Of a stretch of DNA of 64,000 nucleotides, positions 56,701 to 64,000 are shown piece by piece; the first letter of the stretch is position 1, and each line of letters begins with the position of its first letter. This stretch comes from a virus, in IMG/VR virus record IMGVR_UViG_3300020442_001467, positions 9,308 through 73,307 of that record, one strand, 5' to 3'. Under the pieces are notes generated by a model. The model worked only from the letters and a program-made list of their open reading frames with translations. It ran no database searches and was not told the origin of the DNA. Both the position numbers and the translations under genes were made by a program.

Positions 56701-58801
56701 CGACGGTGGTGTTCAGTTGGGTACAGGTTCTCCTGCTCACGGCGCACAGGCAGTTCGTCAATCCAAGAAGTACATCAGATATCAGTCTGGTAAAGGTATT
56801 ATGTATACCACTGGTGCTCTATTCGCACCTTCTTATGACTTGAGAAGTGTTGCTGCAAATGGCACTGCAATTGGTAGTATCATCACTTGCGTCACCGACG
56901 ACCTCAACCACGGTCTACAGGTTGGTGCAGAAATTCAGTTGACTGGTTTGACCACGGCAGGATACAACGATCACTACACTGTAGCATCGGTTATTGATGA
57001 AATTACATTTACTGTCATTGCGAAGAACAGTCTAGCATCTGCACAAGCAGCATTCGGTGATCAACCTTCTGTTGCTCTGTATAGATGGCAGGGTGCTACG
57101 GTTCGTGCTGGTGCATTTGATGACCAGAATGGCATCTTCTTCCAGTATGACGGAACAAACATCGCAGTTGGTTTGAGATCTTCTACGTATCAGATTGCTG
57201 GTACAGTATCTGCTACACCAGACTCTAACGAACTGGTCGGAACAAATACTAAATTTACTGAACAGTTGTCTGTTGGTGACAGAATTGTTATTCGTGGCAT
57301 GTCCCACGTTGTTACTGATATTCAAGGAGACCAACTCCTTTCTATCAACCCTGACTTTAGAGGCGTCTCTAATGCAACTAACGTCAAGGCAGCACTGACC
57401 AAAGAGATCATTATTCCACAGAACGAGTGGAACATTGATAGATGCGATGGCACTGGTAAGTCTGGATATGACATCGAGATCAACAGAATGCAGATGATCG
57501 GATTCCAGTATACCTGGTACGGTGCTGGATTCATTGACTGGATGTTCAGAGGTCCATCTGGTAACTTCGTCTTCTGTCACAGACTCAAGAACAACAACAG
57601 AAACAACGAAGCGTTCATGCGTTCTGGTAACCTACCTGTTCGCTATGAGGTTATCAACGAGGGTGCAAAGAACAAACTAGAAACAGCACTCTCTTCTGCA
57701 GAAACCGAGACTATGGTGCTCAAGGATGCTTCCTTGTTCCCACCAAGTGGTACTGTACTGATCAACAACGAGATTGTTAGATACACCTCTAAACTGAACA
57801 ACACTCTTTCTGGTCTAACCAGATCTGCAAACTACACCAACTTCGTTGCTGGTTCGCAAAGAACCTTCCTCGCAGGTAGTGCAGACAATCACAATGCTAA
57901 CGCTGGTGTTATCTTACTATCCAACACAGCAACTCCACAGATTAATCACTGGGGTTCTGCATTCCTGACTGACGGTGGATTCGATGAAGATCGTGGATAC
58001 CTGTTTAACTATCAGGAAAAAGAGATTGAACTTACAACCACGAAGTCTACCATCTTCCTGATCAGACTATCGCCTAGTGTTTCTAATGCTATTACGGGCG
58101 ACCTGGGTGAGAGAGAACTGATCAACAGAGCACAGTTGCTGCTCAAGAACATTGAGATTACCACACAGGGTGGTAGCAACTCTCAAGGCGTCATCGTTGA
58201 GGGTGTTCTTAATCCCAAGAACTACCCAACTAATCCAAACGACGTTACCTGGGGTGGTCTGAATAGTGGTGGTGCTGGTGGACAACCATCGTTCGCACAG
58301 ATCGCATCTGGTGGTGATATTACATTCATCGGAGGTCAGTCACCTGTTACGGCAACTAACGCTGGAACCCAGAACTACTCTTCCAACTATGTCTTCTTCA
58401 ACACATCCGATATCGGTGGTGTACAGATCGGTTACGAAGTAACTGGTGGTGACTTGAGAGGAGGAACCACGGTTGTTAGTATCTTCAGAAGAAATAACAG
58501 CACAACTTGGATCAGATTCTCTGACCGAACTAGAGCAGGTAGTGCAGGCAGCACGACTTACTCGTTCCAGCCTCTGACTGGTGCAGCAACTCCTGGAGAG
58601 CAGGTCTTCGCTTTCACGGCAGCACCTGGATCTAGAGATACAATCGATCTTTCTGAACTGAAGGAACTTACCAACACTCCAATCGGCGGTAGAGGTACAT
58701 TCCCCAACGGTCCAGACGTACTAGCGATTAACGCATATCTAACTTCTGGTAGTGCGGTTAATGCAACGCTTAACATTCGCTGGTCTGAAGCACAGGCATA
58801 A
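53780..58801 (+). CDS. large virion structural protein (1673 aa)
   Basis: QSMLDADFEYGIQPTKW, repeated HGL.vGD and LGG.SP.NDLTITV modules, RQSKKYIRYQSGKG, YTWYGAG. Confidence 0.8.
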   Translation: MAKRQIRDYVFSPGIAGVGTLKILDKVDVDQILIITNATSNQFLYNFSDPSLPISVDFTSTTDGSDPDFPYSNTLSNGVTTITFLYDTSAQFATDKILIFVEAEEQRTRPYDFGTDAIERMRFAEPQSMLDADFEYGIQPTKWQSLDLLRGYPSIYEVPGSDIGLVAVTTDASAGSGAIGPSKITVDTVLDHGLTVGDPVSIKGLDDAVSGFAKAEGSFIIDAVPSTTQFTYYAKAKVGTTPATPLLSSFTVLKQAGFYTGAAIGTNPVFSVVTNGASGSFQTKGSNPQGTTRLGVQPASALPPIGAPLSGIGLPTGTQVTSVINTNATLNITDSFTAPVSEITFNDTASIEVGSSLDDGGGNAIFVTNIAGNVVTLSSPYQINKTGNSFVSQPTAATPLNFGNGTGAQFDITRENGSYSTVVINTQNFYNQVTGAYSGQLGNGAEFVVERTGGASPAYANIFTSSSGSDYSLNETITIDGADLGGATSTNDLTITITSVGINGEITGLSFTGVASNQLQNAGQNFAVGEDLVVYGNALGGTSPINDLTISVTAVGTSGEILGFNVTGTAIPSTANYAGVEQSSTTGSGINAGFQIERIGAGIATAQVDNVVIGGTIEGDDTFRITINGTDDYTYTANAGETIVAVRNGLVNAVNDPSTGSSVVQATTGATSDTLELTALTAGTAFTISVLTEDQGGNPADTQTMTTNNVTPNASSSTTPTYNVGIANPGQAYANGDDIVITGDQLGGTFGTHDLTITVQTVNAQGGITGITHSGTPWDGNQTYLNMNPNPIAFNATFIPRISSGNYTPEISNAGEGYKLGYQFIIPGTSLGGASPTNDMTITVDDVDASGAIQLASATGTPVSGDTIAFFPAVSLSAATTNVIGSNSTVTYSAIAKINVEFSSNHGLVPGDTILTSITSSGNGHDLASGPFFVDEVPGLDNFTFTARSTGNVSGGITGVVYPRTDSFYTHRPFDGGVQLGTGSPAHGAQAVRQSKKYIRYQSGKGIMYTTGALFAPSYDLRSVAANGTAIGSIITCVTDDLNHGLQVGAEIQLTGLTTAGYNDHYTVASVIDEITFTVIAKNSLASAQAAFGDQPSVALYRWQGATVRAGAFDDQNGIFFQYDGTNIAVGLRSSTYQIAGTVSATPDSNELVGTNTKFTEQLSVGDRIVIRGMSHVVTDIQGDQLLSINPDFRGVSNATNVKAALTKEIIIPQNEWNIDRCDGTGKSGYDIEINRMQMIGFQYTWYGAGFIDWMFRGPSGNFVFCHRLKNNNRNNEAFMRSGNLPVRYEVINEGAKNKLETALSSAETETMVLKDASLFPPSGTVLINNEIVRYTSKLNNTLSGLTRSANYTNFVAGSQRTFLAGSADNHNANAGVILLSNTATPQINHWGSAFLTDGGFDEDRGYLFNYQEKEIELTTTKSTIFLIRLSPSVSNAITGDLGERELINRAQLLLKNIEITTQGGSNSQGVIVEGVLNPKNYPTNPNDVTWGGLNSGGAGGQPSFAQIASGGDITFIGGQSPVTATNAGTQNYSSNYVFFNTSDIGGVQIGYEVTGGDLRGGTTVVSIFRRNNSTTWIRFSDRTRAGSAGSTTYSFQPLTGAATPGEQVFAFTAAPGSRDTIDLSELKELTNTPIGGRGTFPNGPDVLAINAYLTSGSAVNATLNIRWSEAQA

Positions 58802-58810
58802 GGAGCACAC

Positions 58811-59641
58811 ATGGCAGAACCCTCTAGTAGACAAGAACTCAAGGAGTATTGTTTGAGGCGTCTCGGTCATCCAGTTCTCGAAATCAACGTAGATGACGAT
58901 CAACTGGATGACCTGATTGATGACGCTTTTCAATACTACCGTGAGCGACACATGGATGGTGTCGAAAAGATGTATCTCAAGCATGAGATTACAGCAGATG
59001 ATGTAACGAGATTTGATGGTGCGGATGAAACGTCATCAACACTAGCTCCTGATGCTGCTACCTGGACTAATAGAAAGAACTTTATTGAAGTACCAGAGCA
59101 CGTAGTTGGTATCTCCAAAGTTATGGGTATCTCCTCTAACTTTGCAAGGAACAATCTCTTTGGTATGAACAACCAGTATTTCCTGATGGATATCTTTTCC
59201 TTCTCGTCAGGATTTGCTTTTGGTAACTTTGACATGACGAACTACTACATGATCAAGCAGTATTTTGAAACGCTTGACATGATTGTTCAGACTGGATCTC
59301 TGGTACAGTATAGATTTAATCAAAGACAGGACAGACTATTCATTGATATCGATAAGAATAGGATGGTGGAAGGTAACTACCTCCTAATCGAATGCTATCG
59401 TTTCTTGGATCCTGATGAATTCACCCAAGTATACAATGATAGTTTTGTCAAGCAGTATCTAACTGCACTGATCAAGAGACAGTGGGGTCAGAACCTAATC
59501 AAGTTTAACAACGTACAACTGCCTGGTGGTGTGTCACTAAACGGCAGACAGTTGTTTGAGGATGCACAGAAAGAGATCGACGTTCTCATGGAGAAAAGTG
59601 CAACCTACTACGAACTTCCCCCAATGGATATGATCGGATGA
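58811..59641 (+). CDS. gp13: neck protein gp13
   Basis: ELKEYCLRRLGHPVLEINVDDDQ and KRQWGQNLIKF..VQLPGGVSLNG motifs. Confidence 0.93.
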   Translation: MAEPSSRQELKEYCLRRLGHPVLEINVDDDQLDDLIDDAFQYYRERHMDGVEKMYLKHEITADDVTRFDGADETSSTLAPDAATWTNRKNFIEVPEHVVGISKVMGISSNFARNNLFGMNNQYFLMDIFSFSSGFAFGNFDMTNYYMIKQYFETLDMIVQTGSLVQYRFNQRQDRLFIDIDKNRMVEGNYLLIECYRFLDPDEFTQVYNDSFVKQYLTALIKRQWGQNLIKFNNVQLPGGVSLNGRQLFEDAQKEIDVLMEKSATYYELPPMDMIG

Positions 59642-60516
59642 AAAGTATCTACTTCCCGCAACATGGTGGTGTCAGCACAGAACAGGGTCTTATCCAGAGT
59701 TTAGTGGATGAGCAAATCAAATTGTTTGGTAGTGATGTCTACTATCTTCCAAGGAAGATGATCAAAGATGTAGCACTCAATGACATCCTGTATTCCGAGT
59801 TCAATACTCAATACATGATTGAGATGCTACTGATTAATGTTGAGGGATTTGGATCACCATCCGAATTCATTAGTAAGTTTGGTCTACGTATCACTGATGA
59901 GATTACTATGGTAGTCTCCCAGAACAGATGGAGTCAGGTATTCCAAGAGTTTGCTGACATTACCACTGTAGATGGTAGACCCAATGAGGGAGACCTTATC
60001 TATCTACCACTCACCAAAGATCTGTATGAGATCAAGTTTGTAGAAAGAGAAGCACCATTCTACCAGTTAGGTAAGAACTATATCTACACGATGACTGCAG
60101 AGATCTACGAGCTTGGTAACGACGAGTTCGAGACAGGCATCGAAGAGATTGATGTGGTCGAAGAAATCCTCGCACCTTCGATCACGCTTGCTATGGATCC
60201 TCTTGCAACCACACACTACTCTCTAGGAGAGATTGTTACTGGTGGCACAACAGGAACCACAGCAGAAGTTTCTTTCTGGGATAGAGACAACCACGAACTT
60301 AAACTTATCAATAGAAATGGTAACTTTACTCCTGGCGAAACTATCACTGGAGCGGAGAGTGGCACTGTACAAGACAGCGTTACGGTAGACAATCTAACAC
60401 TAGAAAACGTCCAGTACGCCGATAATAAATACATTGAGACTACAGGTAATGATTTACTTGATTTTACTGAAGTGAATCCATTCGGAGAGTATGGCAACGT
60501 TACTGGTGAATTCTGA
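59638..60516 (+). CDS. gp14: neck protein gp14
   Basis: GSDVYYLPR, SKFGL, RPNEGDLIY.P, YEIKFVE...PFYQLGK and DFTEVNPFG motifs. Confidence 0.93.
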   Translation: MKSIYFPQHGGVSTEQGLIQSLVDEQIKLFGSDVYYLPRKMIKDVALNDILYSEFNTQYMIEMLLINVEGFGSPSEFISKFGLRITDEITMVVSQNRWSQVFQEFADITTVDGRPNEGDLIYLPLTKDLYEIKFVEREAPFYQLGKNYIYTMTAEIYELGNDEFETGIEEIDVVEEILAPSITLAMDPLATTHYSLGEIVTGGTTGTTAEVSFWDRDNHELKLINRNGNFTPGETITGAESGTVQDSVTVDNLTLENVQYADNKYIETTGNDLLDFTEVNPFGEYGNVTGEF

Positions 60517-61325
60517 TGTTAGGACCACATTTTTATAACGAAGCGATTAGGAAAACAGTAATCGGTTTCGGTACACTATTCAATAACATTGAAATTAGAA
60601 AAGTAGATCCTTCTACCAAAACTGTTCTAGAAGCAGAGAAGGTTCCTCTTGCCTATGGTCCCAAGCAGAAATTTCTAGCAAGACTAGAGCAGAACCCAGA
60701 CGTTGATAACAAAGTAGCAATTACTTTGCCTCGTCTCTACTTTGAGATGACCAATATTTCTTATGACACATCCAGAAAAATCACAGCAACCCAAAAGCTT
60801 AAGAAGACTATTGATGCAGATGGAGAATCCCTCTCTGTACAATACGTGCCCGTACCCTATAACATGGAGTTTGAACTCGGCATCATCGCCAAGTCACAAG
60901 ACGACGGACTACAGATTCTTGAGCAAATACTTCCGTACTTCCAACCAAATTTCAACATTACGTTGAACATGATCCCAGACATGGGAGAGAAGAAAGATAT
61001 TACTATCAATCTAAACGGCATCAACTACGAAGATGACTGGGATGGAGACTTCCTAGACAGAAGAAGTATTGTATGGACTTTGAACTTTACTGCTAGATCT
61101 TACATCTACGGTCCTTTCACCAAATCTGGTGTTATCAAAAAGGCAACTGTATACGAATCAATTGGAGACAAGAACGATTCTCCAGACAACAGAAATACAA
61201 AACTTACATACACACCCAAAGCACTGGAAGACAAAAACCAGGATGGTGTTATCGATGCACAAGACGACGCACTTGTCATCAGCACAGACGACTTCGGATT
61301 TAATGAGGGTATTGAATTGCTATGA
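60516..61325 (+). CDS. gp15: tail sheath stabiliser / terminator gp15
   Basis: FYNEAIRK..IGFGTLFNNI, VPLAYGPKQKF, ITLPR, PVPYN and QILEQILPYFQP motifs. Confidence 0.93.
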   Translation: MLGPHFYNEAIRKTVIGFGTLFNNIEIRKVDPSTKTVLEAEKVPLAYGPKQKFLARLEQNPDVDNKVAITLPRLYFEMTNISYDTSRKITATQKLKKTIDADGESLSVQYVPVPYNMEFELGIIAKSQDDGLQILEQILPYFQPNFNITLNMIPDMGEKKDITINLNGINYEDDWDGDFLDRRSIVWTLNFTARSYIYGPFTKSGVIKKATVYESIGDKNDSPDNRNTKLTYTPKALEDKNQDGVIDAQDDALVISTDDFGFNEGIELL

Positions 61326-61762
61326 ACGAATTTGAAAAGAACATGGAAGATATCTTTGATATCGAAGTCGAAAAAGAAGAGACTGCAATCGAACAATCAC
61401 AACCATCGAAACCAGTACCAGAAAAGAAAGAGCAGGATCATCAGGATAAAGACTATGATTACACAAGAGCTCAACTGTACAACCTCATAGACAAGGGTCA
61501 GGAGGCGCTCAACGGGGCGTTAGAGGTAGCACAGGAGTCAGGGCACCCAAGAGCATACGAGGTCGCTGTGAACGCTATGAAGCAGGTTGCAGACACCACT
61601 GACAAACTGATTGATCTACAGAAGAAAATGAAGGAGTTAGATGCTCCTACAAAGAACGCTGTCAACAATAAAACCACAAACAATTTGTTTGTAGGTAGCA
61701 CAGCAGATCTACAAAAGATGCTCAAGCAAATAAATAAAAGCGAAGATGATACGGCAGAATAA
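61322..61762 (+). CDS. gp16: terminase small subunit gp16
   Basis: DYDYTRAQLYNL..KG, ESGHPRAYEV and NNLFVGSTADLQKML motifs. Confidence 0.93.
   Translation: MNEFEKNMEDIFDIEVEKEETAIEQSQPSKPVPEKKEQDHQDKDYDYTRAQLYNLIDKGQEALNGALEVAQESGHPRAYEVAVNAMKQVADTTDKLIDLQKKMKELDAPTKNAVNNKTTNNLFVGSTADLQKMLKQINKSEDDTAE
61729..61736 (+). promoter_or_regulatory. late promoter variant (AATAAATA) within the gp16 3' end
   Basis: ATAAATA core ~30 nt upstream of ATG 61765. Confidence 0.45.
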
Positions 61763-61764
61763 AT

Positions 61765-62169
61765 ATGAAGTCGTTTAAGCAACTGCGTAGTGACATCAGA
61801 GAAGCAGCAGAAAAACGTTACTGCCCTGGATGTGAAAAGTGGGAGACTAGAGATGTCTGCAGATTCGGAGTCGAATACTGGGACAAGTATGCCATCAAAA
61901 ACTTTAAAGAAGCAGTCCTCGGAGAAGCAGCCTGGACCAGAAAAGAAGGAAAGAAAAAGTCTGGAGGACTTAACGAGAAAGGAAGAAAGTCTTACGAAAG
62001 AGAGAATCCTGGATCTGACCTTAAAGCACCATCGAAGAAGGTTGGAAATCCCAGACGGGCATCCTTCTGTGCAAGAATGAAAGGCATGAAAAAGAAGTTG
62101 ACCAGTAAGAAAACTGCCAACGATAAGGACAGCAGAATTAACAAGTCACTTCGTGCGTGGAATTGCTGA
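61765..62169 (+). CDS. basic conserved cyanophage protein (DUF6321-like C-terminus)
   Basis: AAWTRKEGK...GGLNEKGRKSY...RRASFCARM.GM...RINKSLRAWNC. Confidence 0.75.
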   Translation: MKSFKQLRSDIREAAEKRYCPGCEKWETRDVCRFGVEYWDKYAIKNFKEAVLGEAAWTRKEGKKKSGGLNEKGRKSYERENPGSDLKAPSKKVGNPRRASFCARMKGMKKKLTSKKTANDKDSRINKSLRAWNC

Positions 62170-62195
62170 CATAACATGTAAAAAGATTGTTAAAT

Positions 62196-62225
62196 TTGTT
62201 GAATAATCATTGAGAACCCTATAAT
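62196..62225 (+). promoter_or_regulatory. host sigma70-type promoter for the petE-PTOX-gnd unit
   Basis: Perfect TATAAT at 62220-62225 with TTGTTG 18 nt upstream. Confidence 0.55.
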
Positions 62226-62230
62226 TAGTT

Positions 62231-62398
62231 ATGAGTTTTGAACCTGAAATGCGTCTTAACGACACCGACATTTACCGCCTGATCAAATCCTGTGAACTCT
62301 ACCAAGAGCGAACAGGTTCAGAGTACATGTGGGAACAATATGATGACTTGATCAATAAGCTCAAAGCTTATCAAGATAACTATTCGGCAGATACATGA
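62231..62398 (+). CDS. small hypothetical protein (55 aa; alternative start 62249)
   Basis: Read manually: MSFEPEMRLNDTDIYRLIKSCELYQERTGSEYMWEQYDDL...; ATGA overlap with petE. Confidence 0.65.
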   Translation: MSFEPEMRLNDTDIYRLIKSCELYQERTGSEYMWEQYDDLINKLKAYQDNYSADT

Positions 62399-62718
62399 GA
62401 TTCTTTTTCGCTTTTCTCGCGACACTATTTCTCGCTGCTCCCGCTTGGGCAGTAGATGTACAGATGGGTTCCAACGGGAACCTTGTATTCGATCCAGCAG
62501 AAGTTACTATTTCAGCTGGTGAGTCGGTTCACTTCGTCAACAACATGCTTCCACCTCACAATGTTGTGGTAGAAGATCATCCCGAAATTTCTCACGAGCC
62601 ATTAGCAATGATGCCTGGTGAAGAGTTTGATGTAACCTTCTCCGAAGCAGGTGATTACACTTACTGGTGTGGTCCCCACAAAGGTGCAGGCATGATCGGC
62701 ACTGTGCATGTAGAATAA
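62395..62718 (+). CDS. petE: plastocyanin
   Basis: Signal peptide ending AWA; PHNVV and YWCGPHKGAGM type-1 copper ligands. Confidence 0.96.
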   Translation: MRFFFAFLATLFLAAPAWAVDVQMGSNGNLVFDPAEVTISAGESVHFVNNMLPPHNVVVEDHPEISHEPLAMMPGEEFDVTFSEAGDYTYWCGPHKGAGMIGTVHVE

Positions 62719-63218
62719 TGCAAACAATCAACAGGTTCGTTTTAGATATCACTGTTGCAATATTAGATTTTCTCTACGAAGGTAGAGACTATCAACGTTT
62801 TTGGGTGCTTGAGGAAATCGCTCGGGCACCCTATTTTGCGTTCTTAAGCGTGTTACATTTTCGTGAAAGCATGGGACTACGCGGTCCCGAACATCTATAT
62901 TTGATGAAACAACACTTCGAGCAATCACTCAATGAAACAGAGCATCTGGAATACATGGAAAGTAGGGGTGGTAACAATTATTTTATTGACCGCTTTGTTG
63001 CCAAGCATCTCGTACTTATCTACTATTGGAGCAACGTGGTTTATTATTGGGTGGCTCCTCGCCTTGCTTACCATCTCTCCTATGAAGTAGAGATCCATGC
63101 AGCAGAAACTTATGCAAAGTATCTTGCTTTAAATGGACATGATGACAAGATCCTTGAAATTTTGAACGATGAACTACATCACTCAAAAGAACTACACGAT
63201 GCTATGGAGTTAATCTGA
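62718..63218 (+). CDS. ptox: plastoquinol terminal oxidase (PTOX)
   Basis: RFWVLEEIARAPYF, NETEHL, EVEIHAAETY and DELHH di-iron motifs; TAATG coupling gives the start at 62718. Confidence 0.93.
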   Translation: MQTINRFVLDITVAILDFLYEGRDYQRFWVLEEIARAPYFAFLSVLHFRESMGLRGPEHLYLMKQHFEQSLNETEHLEYMESRGGNNYFIDRFVAKHLVLIYYWSNVVYYWVAPRLAYHLSYEVEIHAAETYAKYLALNGHDDKILEILNDELHHSKELHDAMELI

Positions 63219-63436
63219 TGTTTAAGAACTGGGGCAAAGGTGTAGAACCACCTGAATGGGCAACAAAAGAAGAAGTGCAGGAGATGATTGATGATGCCAT
63301 ACGCAAACACAATCGTAATGCTTCAATTATCTCAATGTGTGTTGGTTGGATTGTTCTTGCACTTTTTGCTGAAGGTCTTCTTCGACTCATTGGAGTAATA
63401 CCACCTCTACTGCCATGGTTGAAAATAACATTATAG
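63218..63436 (+). CDS. small membrane protein
   Basis: EVQEMIDDAIRKHNRNASIIS followed by a hydrophobic helix; TGATG coupling. Confidence 0.7.
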   Translation: MFKNWGKGVEPPEWATKEEVQEMIDDAIRKHNRNASIISMCVGWIVLALFAEGLLRLIGVIPPLLPWLKITL

Positions 63437-63603
63437 TGATAGAATGGATAGGCATTATCCTTGCCTTGGTATTTGGTGTGACCATGTTCTGTCAAGGTCA
63501 TGCCATCTTCCATGGTAAATATGGGTATAAACACGCAGAACGTGACAAACAAAAAATGTCTGACGCTCGCAAACAAGTTGAAAATTTATTCAAAGACAAA
63601 TGA
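63436..63603 (+). CDS. small membrane protein
   Basis: N-terminal hydrophobic helix, then QGHAIFHGKYGYKH; GTG start coupled to the upstream stop. Confidence 0.6.
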   Translation: MIEWIGIILALVFGVTMFCQGHAIFHGKYGYKHAERDKQKMSDARKQVENLFKDK

Positions 63604-64000
63604 AAGTAGGACTAATTGGTTTGGGTAGGATGGGCGAAGGCATGTCCCGCCGTATGATGAAAACAGGCATTGAAGTTTACGGTTACAGGAGAAACTATGG
63701 TAAAGCAGTGGAAGCGTATGAAGCGGGTTATATCAGTGGATGTGCCGCTTCTCTGGAAAGCCTTGTTCAAGTAGTACACCAAGATGACATCGCAGGTAAA
63801 GTTCCTGGGATCTTTCAACTCGTTATCCCAGCAGAACTAGTAGAGGACACACTCGATGAGCTATTACCACTTTGTATGGAGGGTGATATTATTATTGATC
63901 ATGGCAATTCCAATTTTAAGGATTCTAGACGCAGGGCAGAAAGGTTGTCTAAACTGGGCATCCAATATCTTGACTGTGGTACTAGTGGTGGTGTTTACGG
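63600..64000 (+). CDS. gnd: 6-phosphogluconate dehydrogenase (3'-truncated by window)
   Basis: Read manually: MKVGLIGLGRMG...IIIDHGNSNFKDSRRR...YLDCGTSGG; absent from the ORF track because no stop lies in the window. Confidence 0.93.
   Translation, partial: MKVGLIGLGRMGEGMSRRMMKTGIEVYGYRRNYGKAVEAYEAGYISGCAASLESLVQVVHQDDIAGKVPGIFQLVIPAELVEDTLDELLPLCMEGDIIIDHGNSNFKDSRRRAERLSKLGIQYLDCGTSGGVY

Noticed and set aside
62667-62717. PTOX N-terminal extension given by the ORF track
   Set aside because: Overlaps the petE copper-ligand codons; the coupled ATG at 62718 is the more plausible start
1-64000. tRNA, rRNA, CRISPR array, intron or intein, IS element
   Set aside because: Intergenic gaps are short and show no cloverleaf or repeat-spacer pattern; no transposase, homing endonuclease or intein motifs recognised by eye

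Overview
64 kb of a T4-like marine cyanophage (cyanomyovirus, Synechococcus/Prochlorococcus-infecting type). Genes are almost all on the + strand, with repeated TATAAATA-type late promoters. Order: baseplate wedge genes (gp25, gp6, a 3031-aa gp7, gp8), a 2706-aa VrlC-like virion protein, then a ~30 kb fibre/appendage region containing a LamG fibre, a subtilase, a 2128-aa repeat protein, a CBM-repeat fibre and three Cys/Gly-rich paralogues. Next comes an NDP-heptose cluster (GT9-like transferase, carbamoyltransferase, 2OG-Fe oxygenase, split HldE, HAD phosphatase, cupin, HldD), then neck/terminase genes gp13-gp16 and auxiliary metabolic genes petE, PTOX and a partial gnd. The most unexpected signal is in the 3' half of the 2128-aa gene (34749-37954). 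By manual scan this 3.2 kb contains only one TAA/TAG/TGA triplet on the sense strand in any frame, achieved by context-dependent synonymous codon choice, so all three sense frames are kept essentially open. The second candidate system is a virion heptosylation/carbamoylation pathway next to Cys-rich adhesin-like proteins. All calls come from motif and synteny recognition without database searches.
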